Assembly: GCA_050012355.1 (NCBI GenBank)
Contig: JBEKHI010000001.1
Coordinates: 1 to 61,891, forward strand
Length of the DNA: 61,891 nucleotides
Source of the DNA: Streptosporangiaceae bacterium
GTDB lineage: Bacteria; Actinomycetota; Actinomycetes; Streptosporangiales; Streptosporangiaceae
Direction: 5' to 3'
The translations under genes and the position numbers were made by a program. This document shows positions 35,155 to 45,022 of this stretch, one piece after another; position 1 is the stretch's first letter, and every line of letters begins with the position of its first letter. Under the pieces are notes generated by a model. It saw only the letters and a list, made by a program, of their open reading frames with translations. It was not told where the DNA came from and searched no databases.

Positions 35155-36644
35155 TTGCTTCCCAGGTAGGCCTTGAGAACGTCGACCGCGACAGGCGCGG
35201 CAGCGGCGGCACCGAAACCGCCTCCTTCGACTATGACGCCGACCGCGATCGGATCGTTGGCGTTAGTTGAGAAACAAGTGAACACCGCGTCGTTGAGTCC
35301 GGTGGAGTTCACCCCGTTCTGCGCGGTACCCGTCTTGGCCGCGATCTGGACACCCAGGTCGTGAATGCCCGTTACCCCATTGGCGGTGCCGTCGGTGTCA
35401 TTTACCACGCCTTCCATCATCGTTTCCACATTTGAGGCAACGGATGAGGAGACGGCCTGGCTCAATACCGACGATGACGCCGAGTACACGTTGGACAGGT
35501 CCGAGGCCTGCACGGACTGGACCAGGTACGGCTTCATCAGGGTGCCGCCGTTCGCGATGGCCGCGGACATCATGGCCTCCTGCAGCGCGCTCGCGGTGTC
35601 ATCGAACTGGCCGATGGCGGTCATCGCGGTCTCCGCCTCGCTGGCCGTCATCGTGTACTGGCTCGCGGCCGTCGACACGCCGGACAGCGACAGGGTGGAG
35701 TTGAACCCGAACTTCTCCGCCTGGGTGTTCAGCGCGCCCGTCCCGACATCCATCCCCAGCTGGGCGAACGTGGTGTCGCAGGACTCGGCGAATGCCTGCG
35801 CGATCGTGGTCGTGCCGCTACCTGACCCGCATACGGTGTCGTCGTCGTTGTGCAGCACGTGCTCGGTCTGCGGCAGCGACAGCGTGGTCGGCGAGTTGAC
35901 GGTGGTCTGCGGGGTGCGGGTTGAGTCCTGGGTGAACCAGGTCGAACTGGTGACGACCTTGAACGTGGAGCCCGGTGGGAACGTCGAATCGGTCGCGTTA
36001 TTCAGCAGCGGGCTCGGGTTCTCCTTGAGCAGCTGCGAGTCGTAGCTGTTGACCTCGTCGCCGTTGAGGCTGGCCAGCTTGTTCGGGTCGTAGCTGGGGT
36101 AAGAGGCCATTGCCAGGATCGCGCCGGTCTGGTAGTTGATCGCGACGACCCCGCCGACCCGGTCGCTGCCGGACAGGACCGACTGGAGACCGTCGTAGGC
36201 GGCTTCCTGGGCCTTGGAGTTAATCGTGGTGACGACCGTGGCGCCCTTTTGGGTCTTGTTCGTGATCTCGTCGATGATGTTGCGGAACGCCAGCGACGAG
36301 GACTGACCGGATAGGTAGCTGTTCCAGGCGCTCTCCAGCCCGGTCTGCGTCCCGGCTGTGATCGAGTAGTAGCCGGTGACCGGGGCGTATACCTCGCCCT
36401 GCGGGTAAGCCCGCTGATACGGGATCTCACCGTTGCCGGTCGCCTTGGAGTCGGCGATCACGGTCCCGTCGGCGGTCTCGATTTCGCCGCGCTGGTACTT
36501 GTTATCCGCTGCCAGCGTCCGGCTGTTGAAAGGCTCATTCGCCAGCGAGGTCGTCTCGAACCCCTGAACGTAATTCAAGTTGATCATCAGGAGCAGGAAC
36601 ATCACCAGAGCCGCGATGGAGATCCTCTTAAGTGCCCGGTTCAC
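35151..36644 (-). CDS. pbpA: penicillin-binding protein A (class B transpeptidase)
   Basis: SxxK (GSTFKV) and KTG (AAKTGTAQ). ATGA-type coupling to neighbours; the locus is syntenic. Confidence 0.85.
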   Translation of the reverse strand: MNRALKRISIAALVMFLLLMINLNYVQGFETTSLANEPFNSRTLAADNKYQRGEIETADGTVIADSKATGNGEIPYQRAYPQGEVYAPVTGYYSITAGTQTGLESAWNSYLSGQSSSLAFRNIIDEITNKTQKGATVVTTINSKAQEAAYDGLQSVLSGSDRVGGVVAINYQTGAILAMASYPSYDPNKLASLNGDEVNSYDSQLLKENPSPLLNNATDSTFPPGSTFKVVTSSTWFTQDSTRTPQTTVNSPTTLSLPQTEHVLHNDDDTVCGSGSGTTTIAQAFAESCDTTFAQLGMDVGTGALNTQAEKFGFNSTLSLSGVSTAASQYTMTASEAETAMTAIGQFDDTASALQEAMMSAAIANGGTLMKPYLVQSVQASDLSNVYSASSSVLSQAVSSSVASNVETMMEGVVNDTDGTANGVTGIHDLGVQIAAKTGTAQNGVNSTGLNDAVFTCFSTNANDPIAVGVIVEGGGFGAAAAAPVAVDVLKAYLGSK

Positions 36645-38101
36645 TGCAGGTTCACCACCTGTGTCAGTCCCTCTTCCTGGATCGGCCGTGGTGCTGGCCG
36701 TCGTGCGGTGTCACTGAGTCTCGCGAACAACCCGATGATGATCCAGCTGCCGATGAGAGACGACCCGCCTTGCGAGAGGAAGGGAGTGGTGATGCCGGTC
36801 AGCGGGATCAGCTTGGAGACACCGCCGACGATCACGAATAGCTGCAACGCGATCATGAAGGCCAGGCCGCCGGCGAGCAGCTTCGAGAACGGATCCTTGA
36901 TCGTCAGCGCGATCCGCAGCCCGCGCTGCACGATCAGCCCGTAGATCAAGAGCATGGCCATCAGGCCGGCCAGGCCGAGTTCCTCGCCGAACGCGGTGAC
37001 GATCATGTCGCTCTGCGCCAGTGAGGTGAGGTACGGCATGCCGCCGCCGAGCCCGCGACCGAGAATGCCGCCGTAGCCGAGCCCCTCTAGACCCTGGGCG
37101 GTCTGGTAGCCGATGCCCTGGATGATGGGAGTGCCGTTGTAGAGGGACTCGCTGAACGGGTGCAGCCAGACGATGAACCGCGCGTCGACGTGCGAGAAGA
37201 GCTTGGCCGCGGTGAATGCGCCCGCGATGAACAGCACAAAGCCGATCAGCAGCCACGAGGTCCGCGACGTGGCGAGGTACAGCATCGCCACGAACAGCCC
37301 CATGAACAGCGAGGACGTGCCGATGTCGCTCTCGAAGACCAGCAGCAGCAGGGCGACGGCCCAGATCACCAGGATCGGGCCCAGGTCCCGGCCACGCGGC
37401 AGATCGATGCCGAGCACCCGCCGTCCGGTCAGCTTGAGCGCGTCCCGCTTGTTGACCAGGTATCCGGCGAAGAAGACGGCCAGCAGAATCTTGCCGAACT
37501 CTTCGGGCTGGACGGTGAACCCGGCGAACGAGATCTGGATCTTCGCGCCATTGACCTCGCTGATGCTGTCCGGCAAGATGGCCGGCAGCCCGATCAGCAC
37601 CATGCCCGCGATGCCGAACGTGTAGATGTATCGCTGCAGGACCCGGGCTTCCTTGATGATGAACAGGACGGCTATGAACGCGCCCACCCCGACGATCGTC
37701 CAGATCATCTGGACGAAGGTGGCCGAGGTAGTCAGCGTGCTGATCGTGAAGCCGGGGTTGCCGTTGCGACCGGATTCCTGTAGCCGGTACAGCATGACGA
37801 GGCCGAGCCCGTTGAGCAGCGCCGCCAGCGGCAGCAGCAGCGGGTCGGCGTAGGGCGTCAGCCACCGGATCGCGACATGGGCCGCCAGCATGGAGATCGC
37901 GTAGAAGAACAGGTAGCTGAAGATGCCCGCCGGCACGCTGCCCTTGAAGCTGAAACCGACGTTGAGGAACGCGAAGATCACCAGGCCGAACGCGAACAGC
38001 AACATGAGCAGCTCGGTCCGTCTGCGCTGGCCGGCGACCTCGTCGTCGGTTGTCGCGGCCGGCCCTGGCACCGCGGATGACTCGGCGGTGATGCTGCTCA
38101 C
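36641..38101 (-). CDS. rodA: FtsW/RodA/SpoVE-family peptidoglycan polymerase
   Basis: Polytopic protein with the C-terminal motif GITTPFLSQGGSSL. The locus is syntenic. Confidence 0.85.
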   Translation of the reverse strand: MSSITAESSAVPGPAATTDDEVAGQRRRTELLMLLFAFGLVIFAFLNVGFSFKGSVPAGIFSYLFFYAISMLAAHVAIRWLTPYADPLLLPLAALLNGLGLVMLYRLQESGRNGNPGFTISTLTTSATFVQMIWTIVGVGAFIAVLFIIKEARVLQRYIYTFGIAGMVLIGLPAILPDSISEVNGAKIQISFAGFTVQPEEFGKILLAVFFAGYLVNKRDALKLTGRRVLGIDLPRGRDLGPILVIWAVALLLLVFESDIGTSSLFMGLFVAMLYLATSRTSWLLIGFVLFIAGAFTAAKLFSHVDARFIVWLHPFSESLYNGTPIIQGIGYQTAQGLEGLGYGGILGRGLGGGMPYLTSLAQSDMIVTAFGEELGLAGLMAMLLIYGLIVQRGLRIALTIKDPFSKLLAGGLAFMIALQLFVIVGGVSKLIPLTGITTPFLSQGGSSLIGSWIIIGLFARLSDTARRPAPRPIQEEGLTQVVNLQ

Positions 38102-38114
38102 ACGCTCCTCCTCG

Positions 38115-39725
38115 TCACTTAGTCGAAGACGGCTTCGGGGACGAACTGGACTTCGTGCTGGCCGATGGCGAAGCGGATGCGCTCGCCGACGGTGCGGCAG
38201 ATGACTGACTGCTGGGAAGGTCAGCCGCGGCGATGCCGAAGGCGGTGGAAGCCGCGCACTCCGAGCCAGGCGTTGGCGGCTGTGTGCCCGGGTTAACGGG
38301 GAGGGGCCTCTTCGTCTTCGTGTGCGCCTTGTTGTAGGCGACGACGGTCGTGTACGCGTTCTCCTGCGTCTGCCAGGTCTCCAGTGCCTGCCATTCGGCT
38401 TGGCAGTCCTGCACGGACGCGCGGATGCTTGTCACGGTCTGCTGGGCCTGAGCCAGGTTGTCCGCGGAGATAGTGGACGATATTTGCGTCATGTCGGCAC
38501 CGGAGACCTGAGTCAGCTCGATGCCGCTGTGGGCGTACACACTGGACAAGCTGATCCCGGCGATGCTGTCGTTGACGCCACGGAAGATCGTCACCTGCCC
38601 GGCATCGGCGCCCACGTAGTACTGGCTCTGGATGTATCGCCAGCCGAAGATCCCGCCGCCGATGAGTACCAAGACGAAGATCACCAGGACCGAGGTCACG
38701 ATCGGCAACCGCCTCCGGCGATGCGGTTCCCCGTCGCCGAAGTCGTCATCGTCGTCGTCATCCCGCCCGCGCCGCCGGTGCCCGCCGCCGCCCCGCGGCC
38801 CCGTTCCGTTCCCCTCGGGTCCGCTGCCGTTGGCATGCCAGGACCCAGGCTCGTCGGGCGCCACCGGCTGGGGCTTGGTGGTGGTGAGCTGGGCCCGGCC
38901 CGCGGGGGAGTTCTGCCGGGCGATCTCGCGGAGCTCCTGGGGCGTGCCGGTGGCCGCCGCGCCCGCGGTGACCGACTGGGTGGTCGGCGGCACGGGGGAG
39001 ACCATCGGATCGATCGCGTCGGCCACGATGCAGGTGATGTTGTCCGGGCCACCGCCGCGGATCGCCAGGTCAACGAGTTGCATGGTGACCTGATCGGGAT
39101 CGGCGAACATGCCGAGCGCGTGCTGGATGGTCTCCTCGGTCACCACACCGGACAGCCCGTCAGAACACAGCAGGTACCGGTCGCCGGCCAGCGCCTCCAG
39201 CGTGGAAAGGTCTGGTTCCGCGATCGTCCGGCCGTCCAGCGCCCGCAGCAGCAGGGACCGCTGGGGGTGGGTGGCCACGTCGTCCTCGGTGATCCGGCCC
39301 TCATCGACCAGCGACTGGACCAGCGTGTGGTCGTGAGTGATCTGGTAAAGCCGGCCGTCGCGCAGCAAGTAGGCGCGCGAGTCACCAATGTGACAAATGG
39401 CCGCGTGAGCGCCTGACCACAGCATGGCAGTGAGCGTGGTGCCCATGCCCTCGGTCGACGGGTCGGAGTAGATCATCTCCTGCAGCCGCATGTTGGCATT
39501 AACCACGGCGTCAGCCAGGGCCTGCACCAGGTCAGCCTGCGAGTAATCGGTGTCGAGCCGGGACATCGTAGCGATAGCGGCAGAGCTCGCGACCTCACCG
39601 GCGGCATGGCCACCCATGCCGTCGGCGACCGCGAGCAGGTGCGGCCCAGCGTATGCCGAGTCTTCGTTCCCCTCCCGGAGGAGGCCGACGTCGGAACGTA
39701 CCGCGTAGCGGAGTGCTAGTGTCAT
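38115..39725 (-). CDS. pstP: PP2C-family Ser/Thr phosphatase PstP
   Basis: RSDVGLLREGNEDS and LAVADGMGGHAAGEVAS, one TM segment and an extracellular tail. Confidence 0.9.
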   Translation of the reverse strand: MTLALRYAVRSDVGLLREGNEDSAYAGPHLLAVADGMGGHAAGEVASSAAIATMSRLDTDYSQADLVQALADAVVNANMRLQEMIYSDPSTEGMGTTLTAMLWSGAHAAICHIGDSRAYLLRDGRLYQITHDHTLVQSLVDEGRITEDDVATHPQRSLLLRALDGRTIAEPDLSTLEALAGDRYLLCSDGLSGVVTEETIQHALGMFADPDQVTMQLVDLAIRGGGPDNITCIVADAIDPMVSPVPPTTQSVTAGAAATGTPQELREIARQNSPAGRAQLTTTKPQPVAPDEPGSWHANGSGPEGNGTGPRGGGGHRRRGRDDDDDDDFGDGEPHRRRRLPIVTSVLVIFVLVLIGGGIFGWRYIQSQYYVGADAGQVTIFRGVNDSIAGISLSSVYAHSGIELTQVSGADMTQISSTISADNLAQAQQTVTSIRASVQDCQAEWQALETWQTQENAYTTVVAYNKAHTKTKRPLPVNPGTQPPTPGSECAASTAFGIAAADLPSSQSSAAPSASASASPSASTKSSSSPKPSSTK

Positions 39726-40213
39726 CTGCGCAGTTCCAGAACGGTCTTGCCTATCCGCACCGGAACTCCCACGGGCACCGGCATAGGCCGGGTCACCTTC
39801 TGCCGGTCCAGGTAGGTACCGTTGGTCGAACCGAGGTCCTCAACGATCCACTGACCGTCCTGTGGAAATATCCGGGCATGTCGGCTTGAAGCGTAGTCGT
39901 CGTTGATGACGAGCGTGGCGTCATTGGCTCGTCCCAGCAGTATTTGCTGCTCGGCGAGGGTGATGCTCGCCCCCTTTAGCGGACCTTCCGTAACCACAAG
40001 GAAACGGGGAGTGCCGCGGCCAGGCTTCGCGGGTCGCCCGGGCTTGGGCTGGCGCTGCTGCGGAGCCCGCTGTGGCCTGGAGGCCTTGGGTTGGCGTGCG
40101 CGCTTGGTAGAGCCAAATAGGTCAGTGCGCACGACACCGATAGCCGCGATGACGAACAACCACAACACGGCCAGGAAGGCCACCCTGATGAGGGTGAGGG
40201 TGAGCGCGTTCAT
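39722..40213 (-). CDS. fhaB: FHA-domain protein FhaB/FipA
   Basis: N-terminal TM segment and a C-terminal FHA domain (LLGRANDATLVINDDYASSRHARI, DLGSTNGTYL). Confidence 0.85.
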   Translation of the reverse strand: MNALTLTLIRVAFLAVLWLFVIAAIGVVRTDLFGSTKRARQPKASRPQRAPQQRQPKPGRPAKPGRGTPRFLVVTEGPLKGASITLAEQQILLGRANDATLVINDDYASSRHARIFPQDGQWIVEDLGSTNGTYLDRQKVTRPMPVPVGVPVRIGKTVLELRR

Positions 40214-40225
40214 GTCCTCGGTGTT

Positions 40226-40996
40226 CTAGTAGCCGGCGTTTTGGTAACCGCCATCTTGCCGGAAGATCAAAGTGGTTCGTCCCAGTGTGACGTGTGTTCC
40301 GTCGGTGAGCACGAAGCGCCGCACCGGCTGACCGTTGACAAACGTACCGTTCGTTGAGCCAAGGTCGACCAAGACGACCTGTCCGTCCTCGACCCGCAAC
40401 TCGGCATGGTGCCGGGAAACCCCCGCGTCGACCAGCCGAAGGTCACAGTCCGTGCCACGGCCGAGCAAAGTCACCGGGGTCACCAAGTCGTAAGTACGCT
40501 CGCCCTGCCCGGGGGGAGCCCCCGCCGTGGCTACCAGCAGCCTCGGATGGCCATTGAACTGGCCGGCCGGCGCCCTTGGCAGGTCGCTGGCGGGCTGGCG
40601 TACCTCGCCGCCCTCCACCGTCGAACCGCGGATCACGCCCGACCGGATACGGAACGTGCCGGTAGTCAGGTCGGGGACGCCCTCGAACCGCATCCGTACC
40701 GGGCCGACGAACGAGTAGCCCTGCTCCCTGGCGTAATCCCTGGCTAGGTTGGCCAGTTCTACGCCAAGAGACTCGGCGTAGACGTTCAGCCGATCGCGGT
40801 CGTTCTCCGCGACCTCGACAACAAAATCGTTAGGAACGAGTGTGCGGCCAGCGGCGACGATCGCCGCGCGGTCGTCCATCTCGCGCTGGATCGCGCTGGC
40901 GACCTCAACCGGCTGCAGCTCAGACTTGAAGGCACGGGCGAAGGCGCCCTCAACCATGCCCTCGAGTCGGCGCTCGAAGCGTTGCAGAACTCCCAT
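40226..40996 (-). CDS. fhaA: FHA-domain protein FhaA (DUF3662 + FHA)
   Basis: MGVLQRFERRLEGMVEGAFARAF... N-domain and a C-terminal FHA domain (LLGRGTDCDLRLVDAGVSRHHAEL, DLGSTNGTFVNG). Confidence 0.9.
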   Translation of the reverse strand: MGVLQRFERRLEGMVEGAFARAFKSELQPVEVASAIQREMDDRAAIVAAGRTLVPNDFVVEVAENDRDRLNVYAESLGVELANLARDYAREQGYSFVGPVRMRFEGVPDLTTGTFRIRSGVIRGSTVEGGEVRQPASDLPRAPAGQFNGHPRLLVATAGAPPGQGERTYDLVTPVTLLGRGTDCDLRLVDAGVSRHHAELRVEDGQVVLVDLGSTNGTFVNGQPVRRFVLTDGTHVTLGRTTLIFRQDGGYQNAGY

Positions 40997-41108
40997 AGAT
41001 GCGCCTCCTTCCCCAACCCTGTAGTTCCCGATGGTATCCGGGGTCCGGGAGCACCCGAGGTCGTGCTAACCTATCTTCTCGCGCCCAGGGAATCTCCCTG
41101 GCTCACCC

Positions 41109-41191
41109 GGGCGGGTGGCGGAACGGCAGACGCGCACGGTTCAGGTCCGTGTGTCCGAAAGGATGTGAGGGTTCAAATCCCTCCTCGCCCA
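41109..41191 (+). tRNA. tRNA-Leu (anticodon CAG)
   Basis: Manual fold: acceptor GGGCGGG/CTCGCCC (one G-U pair), D arm GCGG..CGC, anticodon stem CACGG/CCGTG with loop TTCAGGT, a long variable arm, T arm GAGGG-TTCAAAT-CCCTC and discriminator A. CCA is not encoded. Confidence 0.9.
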
Positions 41192-41199
41192 CTGTACCG

Positions 41200-41240
41200 A
41201 TGGCTGGCCAACGAAACCGTTGGTCAGCCATTTCGCTTTT
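41200..41240 (+). terminator. intrinsic terminator downstream of tRNA-Leu
   Basis: A 14-bp stem, ATGGCTGGCCAACG-AAAC-CGTTGGTCAGCCAT (one G-U pair), followed by TTTCGCTTTT. Confidence 0.6.
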
Positions 41241-42502
41241 CAGAGCGACTCGATCAGGTCGGCGGCCTGCCGCAGCCCGTCACGAGACCGGATATCCGCC
41301 CCGGCCTTGTCCAGCCGGTCGCGCAGCGAGGCATCGCCGAGCAGCCGGTCGATAGCTTCCGTGAGCTCAGAGTCAGCGAAGCCATAGGTGTCCAGCCGGA
41401 TGCCGAAGCCGAGCTCGGCTATCCGCTGAGCATTGTCATACTGATCCCAGAACAGCGGGAGCAAGATCATCGGCTTGCCGAAGTGCAGCGCCTCGGTCGT
41501 CGTGTTGTTACCGCCATGAGTGATCACCAGGTCGACTTGCGGCAGGACGGATGTCTGCGGCACGAACTCGGCGCCCCACATGTTCGGCGCCAGATCGATG
41601 TCGGCATGCAGCGGTCCTTTGGACACGATGTACCGGTGCGGGGTGCCGGCCAGGATCCCGATTACCCGCCGCATCAGCTCCACGTCGGCTGAGCCCAGCG
41701 AACCGAGCGAGAAGTAGATCAGTGCCCCGCCACCGGGGATCTCGGGCACCACGAACGACTCTTCGGTCTCCCGGACCGAAGAGTCAAGCCGGTGCCAGCT
41801 CGGGCCTAGCGGCCGGGCAGCCGTGTAGTCGGCGATCTCGGGGTACACGTAGAAGTTCAGCGCGCCCTCGTGGATGAACTCCAGATCGGGGAGCGCCGGC
41901 GCCCCCTGCGCCACGACCCATTCATTGAACGAGTCCCACAGCGGCCGGTGCGTCCGGTCGTACTCGGCACGGAACGCCGCCCATTGCGCGGGATCGTCCG
42001 CCGGATATCCGGAAAAGACCGGCGCGATCCCCGGACCCTTTATCTCCAGCGGGTTGCAGGACACGATCCGGACGAACGGCACGCCCGCGGTCAGCAACGC
42101 GGGAAAGGAGAGCACGTTGTCCTCGACGATGATGTCCGGCCGCACCCGGTCGATGATCGCCTTCAGCTGCGGTTCGCAGTACTTGGCCCCAACGATCAGC
42201 TCCTCCCAGACCGGCTTCACCCAGGTGTCCAGCTGCTCTATCGTCGGCTTACGGAACTCGGGGGCGGTATCGGCGATGAAGTCCTTCCAGAACTGCCCCG
42301 CGTCCTGCTCCCCGTCCGACGGCGGCGCCAGATCAACCAGGTCCTCCTCGAAGCCAAGCGCCGTCAGCTTTCCCTTCCACGAAGCCTCGGCGGCGAACAC
42401 CACCCGATGCCCGCGGCGGCGGAGCACGTCGCCGATCCCGACACAGTTATTTGTCGGCCCATAGGCGCTTTCTGGCATGAACAGGATCGTCCGAGCGGTC
42501 AA
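41240..42502 (-). CDS. GT1-family (MGT/UDP-glycosyltransferase-like) glycosyltransferase
   Basis: The C-terminal donor-binding signature is VPQTSVLPQVDLVITHGGNNTTTEALHFGKPMILLPLFWDQYDNA. I set the start at TTG 42502, 4 nt after GGAGGA. The 698-aa ORF-track version is an upstream antisense extension. Confidence 0.8.
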   Translation of the reverse strand: MTARTILFMPESAYGPTNNCVGIGDVLRRRGHRVVFAAEASWKGKLTALGFEEDLVDLAPPSDGEQDAGQFWKDFIADTAPEFRKPTIEQLDTWVKPVWEELIVGAKYCEPQLKAIIDRVRPDIIVEDNVLSFPALLTAGVPFVRIVSCNPLEIKGPGIAPVFSGYPADDPAQWAAFRAEYDRTHRPLWDSFNEWVVAQGAPALPDLEFIHEGALNFYVYPEIADYTAARPLGPSWHRLDSSVRETEESFVVPEIPGGGALIYFSLGSLGSADVELMRRVIGILAGTPHRYIVSKGPLHADIDLAPNMWGAEFVPQTSVLPQVDLVITHGGNNTTTEALHFGKPMILLPLFWDQYDNAQRIAELGFGIRLDTYGFADSELTEAIDRLLGDASLRDRLDKAGADIRSRDGLRQAADLIESL

Positions 42503-42527
42503 CGTTCCTCCACATTTATGGGTTAAC

Positions 42528-43547
42528 GTGGACAATGTTCGCATATATCTCGATAGCACCGTGAGGTCTTCCTCGTTGGTCGCGGCCCTGCTGCCAGACC
42601 TCGGATCGCTGCCAGAACGCCCCGTCACCGTCGACCAGACCCACGAGTCTGTCGTAGTGGGCGAGCGTTTCGTGGTCAAGTGGCTGCGCGAGCCGGTGCC
42701 GGACCACCCGGCGCCCGTGATCCTCGCGCACCTTACCCAGGTCGGCTTCGCCGGTACCGCCGCGCTGGCCGGGGTGCTGTCGGACGCGGCGGGCTTGCGC
42801 GCCCTGGTGACGGAGTACCTGCCCGGGGCACGCGACGGCTGGGAATGGTGCGTCGAAGACCTGCTGGCCGGGGACCTGGCGTTCCCCGCGAGGCTCGGCG
42901 CGCTCGCCGCCGCCCTGCACGCCGCGCTCGCCACCCCATCCGCCGTGCTCCCAGAACCCATCGCGCAAGCGGGCCGCACGTGGTCCTCGGGCGCGCTCGA
43001 GCTGCTCTCCGTCGTGTTGTCAGAAACAGGCGGCCATAACGGCGCATGGCTAGCCTCCAGAGAGCCCGAACTCCGCGCCGCGCTCGAACTACCCGCCGGG
43101 CTGACCGGCACCCCGCTGATCCGGGTACACGGCGACCTGCACGTCGGCCAGATCCTGCGCTGGGACGGGGGCCTCGCGGTGATCGACTTCGACGGGAACC
43201 CGGCCGTCCGCGCCGAGCCCCTGCAGCCCGCCGCCCGCGACGTAGCGCAACTCCTGATGAGCCTGGAGCACGTAGCCGCCATCGCCACCCGGCAGCGGCT
43301 AGGCGTGGAACCTGCGCCTGACCTAGTCGTGGACATCGGCCCCGGCCTACCTGCCGCCCGCGCGCTGTGTCTGGACGCCTACCGGGCGACGCTAGCCGAC
43401 CGCGACCTGCGGCATCTTCTCGACGAGCGCCTGCTACCCGCCTTCGAGATCGAGCAGGAGCTGCGGGAGCTTCACTACGCCAACCGCTTCCTCCCACGCT
43501 GGCGATACGCCCCCATCGCGGCCCTGCGCCGCCGGTTCCCAGCCTGA
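42528..43547 (+). CDS. aminoglycoside-phosphotransferase-fold kinase (maltokinase-like)
   Basis: Catalytic loop LIRVHGDLHVGQILRWDGGLAVIDFDGNP. GTG 42528 is the first in-frame start that clears the divergent GT1 start. Confidence 0.55.
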   Translation: MDNVRIYLDSTVRSSSLVAALLPDLGSLPERPVTVDQTHESVVVGERFVVKWLREPVPDHPAPVILAHLTQVGFAGTAALAGVLSDAAGLRALVTEYLPGARDGWEWCVEDLLAGDLAFPARLGALAAALHAALATPSAVLPEPIAQAGRTWSSGALELLSVVLSETGGHNGAWLASREPELRAALELPAGLTGTPLIRVHGDLHVGQILRWDGGLAVIDFDGNPAVRAEPLQPAARDVAQLLMSLEHVAAIATRQRLGVEPAPDLVVDIGPGLPAARALCLDAYRATLADRDLRHLLDERLLPAFEIEQELRELHYANRFLPRWRYAPIAALRRRFPA

Positions 43548-43757
43548 CCCTGGGGCGTAGCCGCCTGGGGGGCTAGCGAGCCGCCGGTTCCCAGCCTGAC
43601 CCGGCAGGCAAAGCCGACCGCACGTGTGGCATGCCAGCTTGGCACCCAGACACCGGCGTTATGGTCATGTCTCAAGCACTTCTCCCGGGTTCATGCCCAT
43701 CGGCCACCCGAAATATCGGGTTATGTCGGGTCGCGTAGGTGCTCTAACCCGGGAGAA

Positions 43758-44753
43758 GTGATCCGGGAGACTAGCGTTCTCGGTGTGGACGTCGAGGAGT
43801 GGCTGCGCGGGCGGCGGTACCTGAAGGAACACCGGTATGGGCTGGGGGTGGCCGCCGCGGCGGAATATCCCGCGGATCGGCGGGTGGCGGGGACGCCGCT
43901 GCTGGCGGCGCCGCGCTGGCGGCCGGTGACGCCCATCCCGCTGGCCGAGGTCGCGTGCGCGTTTCACCCGGGTGGCGTGACTCGGTCGCTGCCCCCGGGA
44001 CCGGTGCCTGATGGGTACAGCACATACGCTGCGGCGGTGGCGGCGCTGGACGCGCCGGCCGTGTTCGAGGACCGGCCTACCTTCCGGCTGCTGGATGCCG
44101 ATCTGGTCGGCAAGAAGCTGACGTTCGGCACCGGCAGCTACTTCGATGGGCTGAATACTGGCGAGGCGGCGGCCCATGAGTTCGGCGCGGGCGACTCGGG
44201 GGTGCTTCGCCAAGCCGTCGGCGATCCGACCGACCTGTCCCGCCGCCCGGCCAACCTGGCGATCAGCACGCTGACGTTGCGAAACGACGGGGGTGACCTC
44301 ACCTTCCCGCTGCACTGGCGCGACCCGGCGAAGGTCGGCCATGCCGGCGGACTGCACATGGTGGTTCCGGTCGGCATCTTCCAACCGGGGACGCCAGACG
44401 AACGTCCCGATCTATGGCGAGCCATGCTCCGCGAGTTCGCTGAGGAACTCGGTGGCTACCCCGAACATTACGAACGCCCGGTTGACCCGGTGTTCGCGGA
44501 CGCGATGAGCGGTGCACGGGCCTGGGTGCTGGGGCTCGGGACCGACCCGCTCACCTACGCCACCGACCTGCTCACCGCGGTCGTCATCGAGGCGGATGTC
44601 TACGACGAATTGTTCGGCGCCGCCGCCGGCAATGACGAGGGCATGATCACGCAGTTCCACAGCTTCGGCCATGTCCCGGAGGCCATGCAGGCGGCGGGAG
44701 CCGCGCTGCTAGCTCTCGCCGCGGCACACGCGGGACTACTGGCTACCCATTGA
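43758..44753 (+). CDS. hypothetical protein with degenerate Nudix-box-like segment
   Basis: Codon bias is coherent. The ...LWRAMLREFAEELGG segment resembles REUxEExG, but the upstream Gx5E spacing does not fit. The start is uncertain (GTG 43758 or 43785). Confidence 0.45.
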   Translation: MIRETSVLGVDVEEWLRGRRYLKEHRYGLGVAAAAEYPADRRVAGTPLLAAPRWRPVTPIPLAEVACAFHPGGVTRSLPPGPVPDGYSTYAAAVAALDAPAVFEDRPTFRLLDADLVGKKLTFGTGSYFDGLNTGEAAAHEFGAGDSGVLRQAVGDPTDLSRRPANLAISTLTLRNDGGDLTFPLHWRDPAKVGHAGGLHMVVPVGIFQPGTPDERPDLWRAMLREFAEELGGYPEHYERPVDPVFADAMSGARAWVLGLGTDPLTYATDLLTAVVIEADVYDELFGAAAGNDEGMITQFHSFGHVPEAMQAAGAALLALAAAHAGLLATH

Positions 44754-45022
44754 GAGTTCGGGCGATGCGGCGTTGCTCAGATTCATAGGCCGCTGCCATG
44801 CGATCGATGTCTTGCCGGGGAAGGCCGAACCAGGCTGCTTCTTGCCGCCACCCAGCGGTTGCATGTTCGACCGAACGAACGATGGATCGCGCGTCGGTAG
44901 CGGTAAGCCTGAAGTACTCGGCGACGGAGAGCTCTTGCTGGACGCTGAGAAGCGGCGCGGCATGCGGGATCCAATTACGTTCGGGAAACCACCGCGCAGG
45001 CCAGCGGTGTTTTTGCCGCGGA
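44743..45022 (-). pseudogene. remnant of a HipA-family toxin C-terminus (no start, no kinase core)
   Basis: A third minus-strand frame, absent from the ORF track, reads ...WFPERNWIPHAAPLLSVQQELSVAEYFRLTATDARSIVRSVEHATAGWRQEAAWFGLPRQDIDRMAAAYESEQRRIARTLNG*. This follows the typical HipA tail pattern (A..fgL....A..I...V......W...A...GL....I..M). Confidence 0.4.

Noticed and set aside
41240-43336. A 698-aa ORF suggesting a much larger glycosyltransferase.
   Set aside because: Only the C-terminal 420 aa look like a GT1 enzyme. The upstream ~278 aa are Ala/Arg/Ser-rich and run antisense to the divergent kinase-like gene. A TTG start with a strong GGAGGA site at 42502 gives a normal-length protein.
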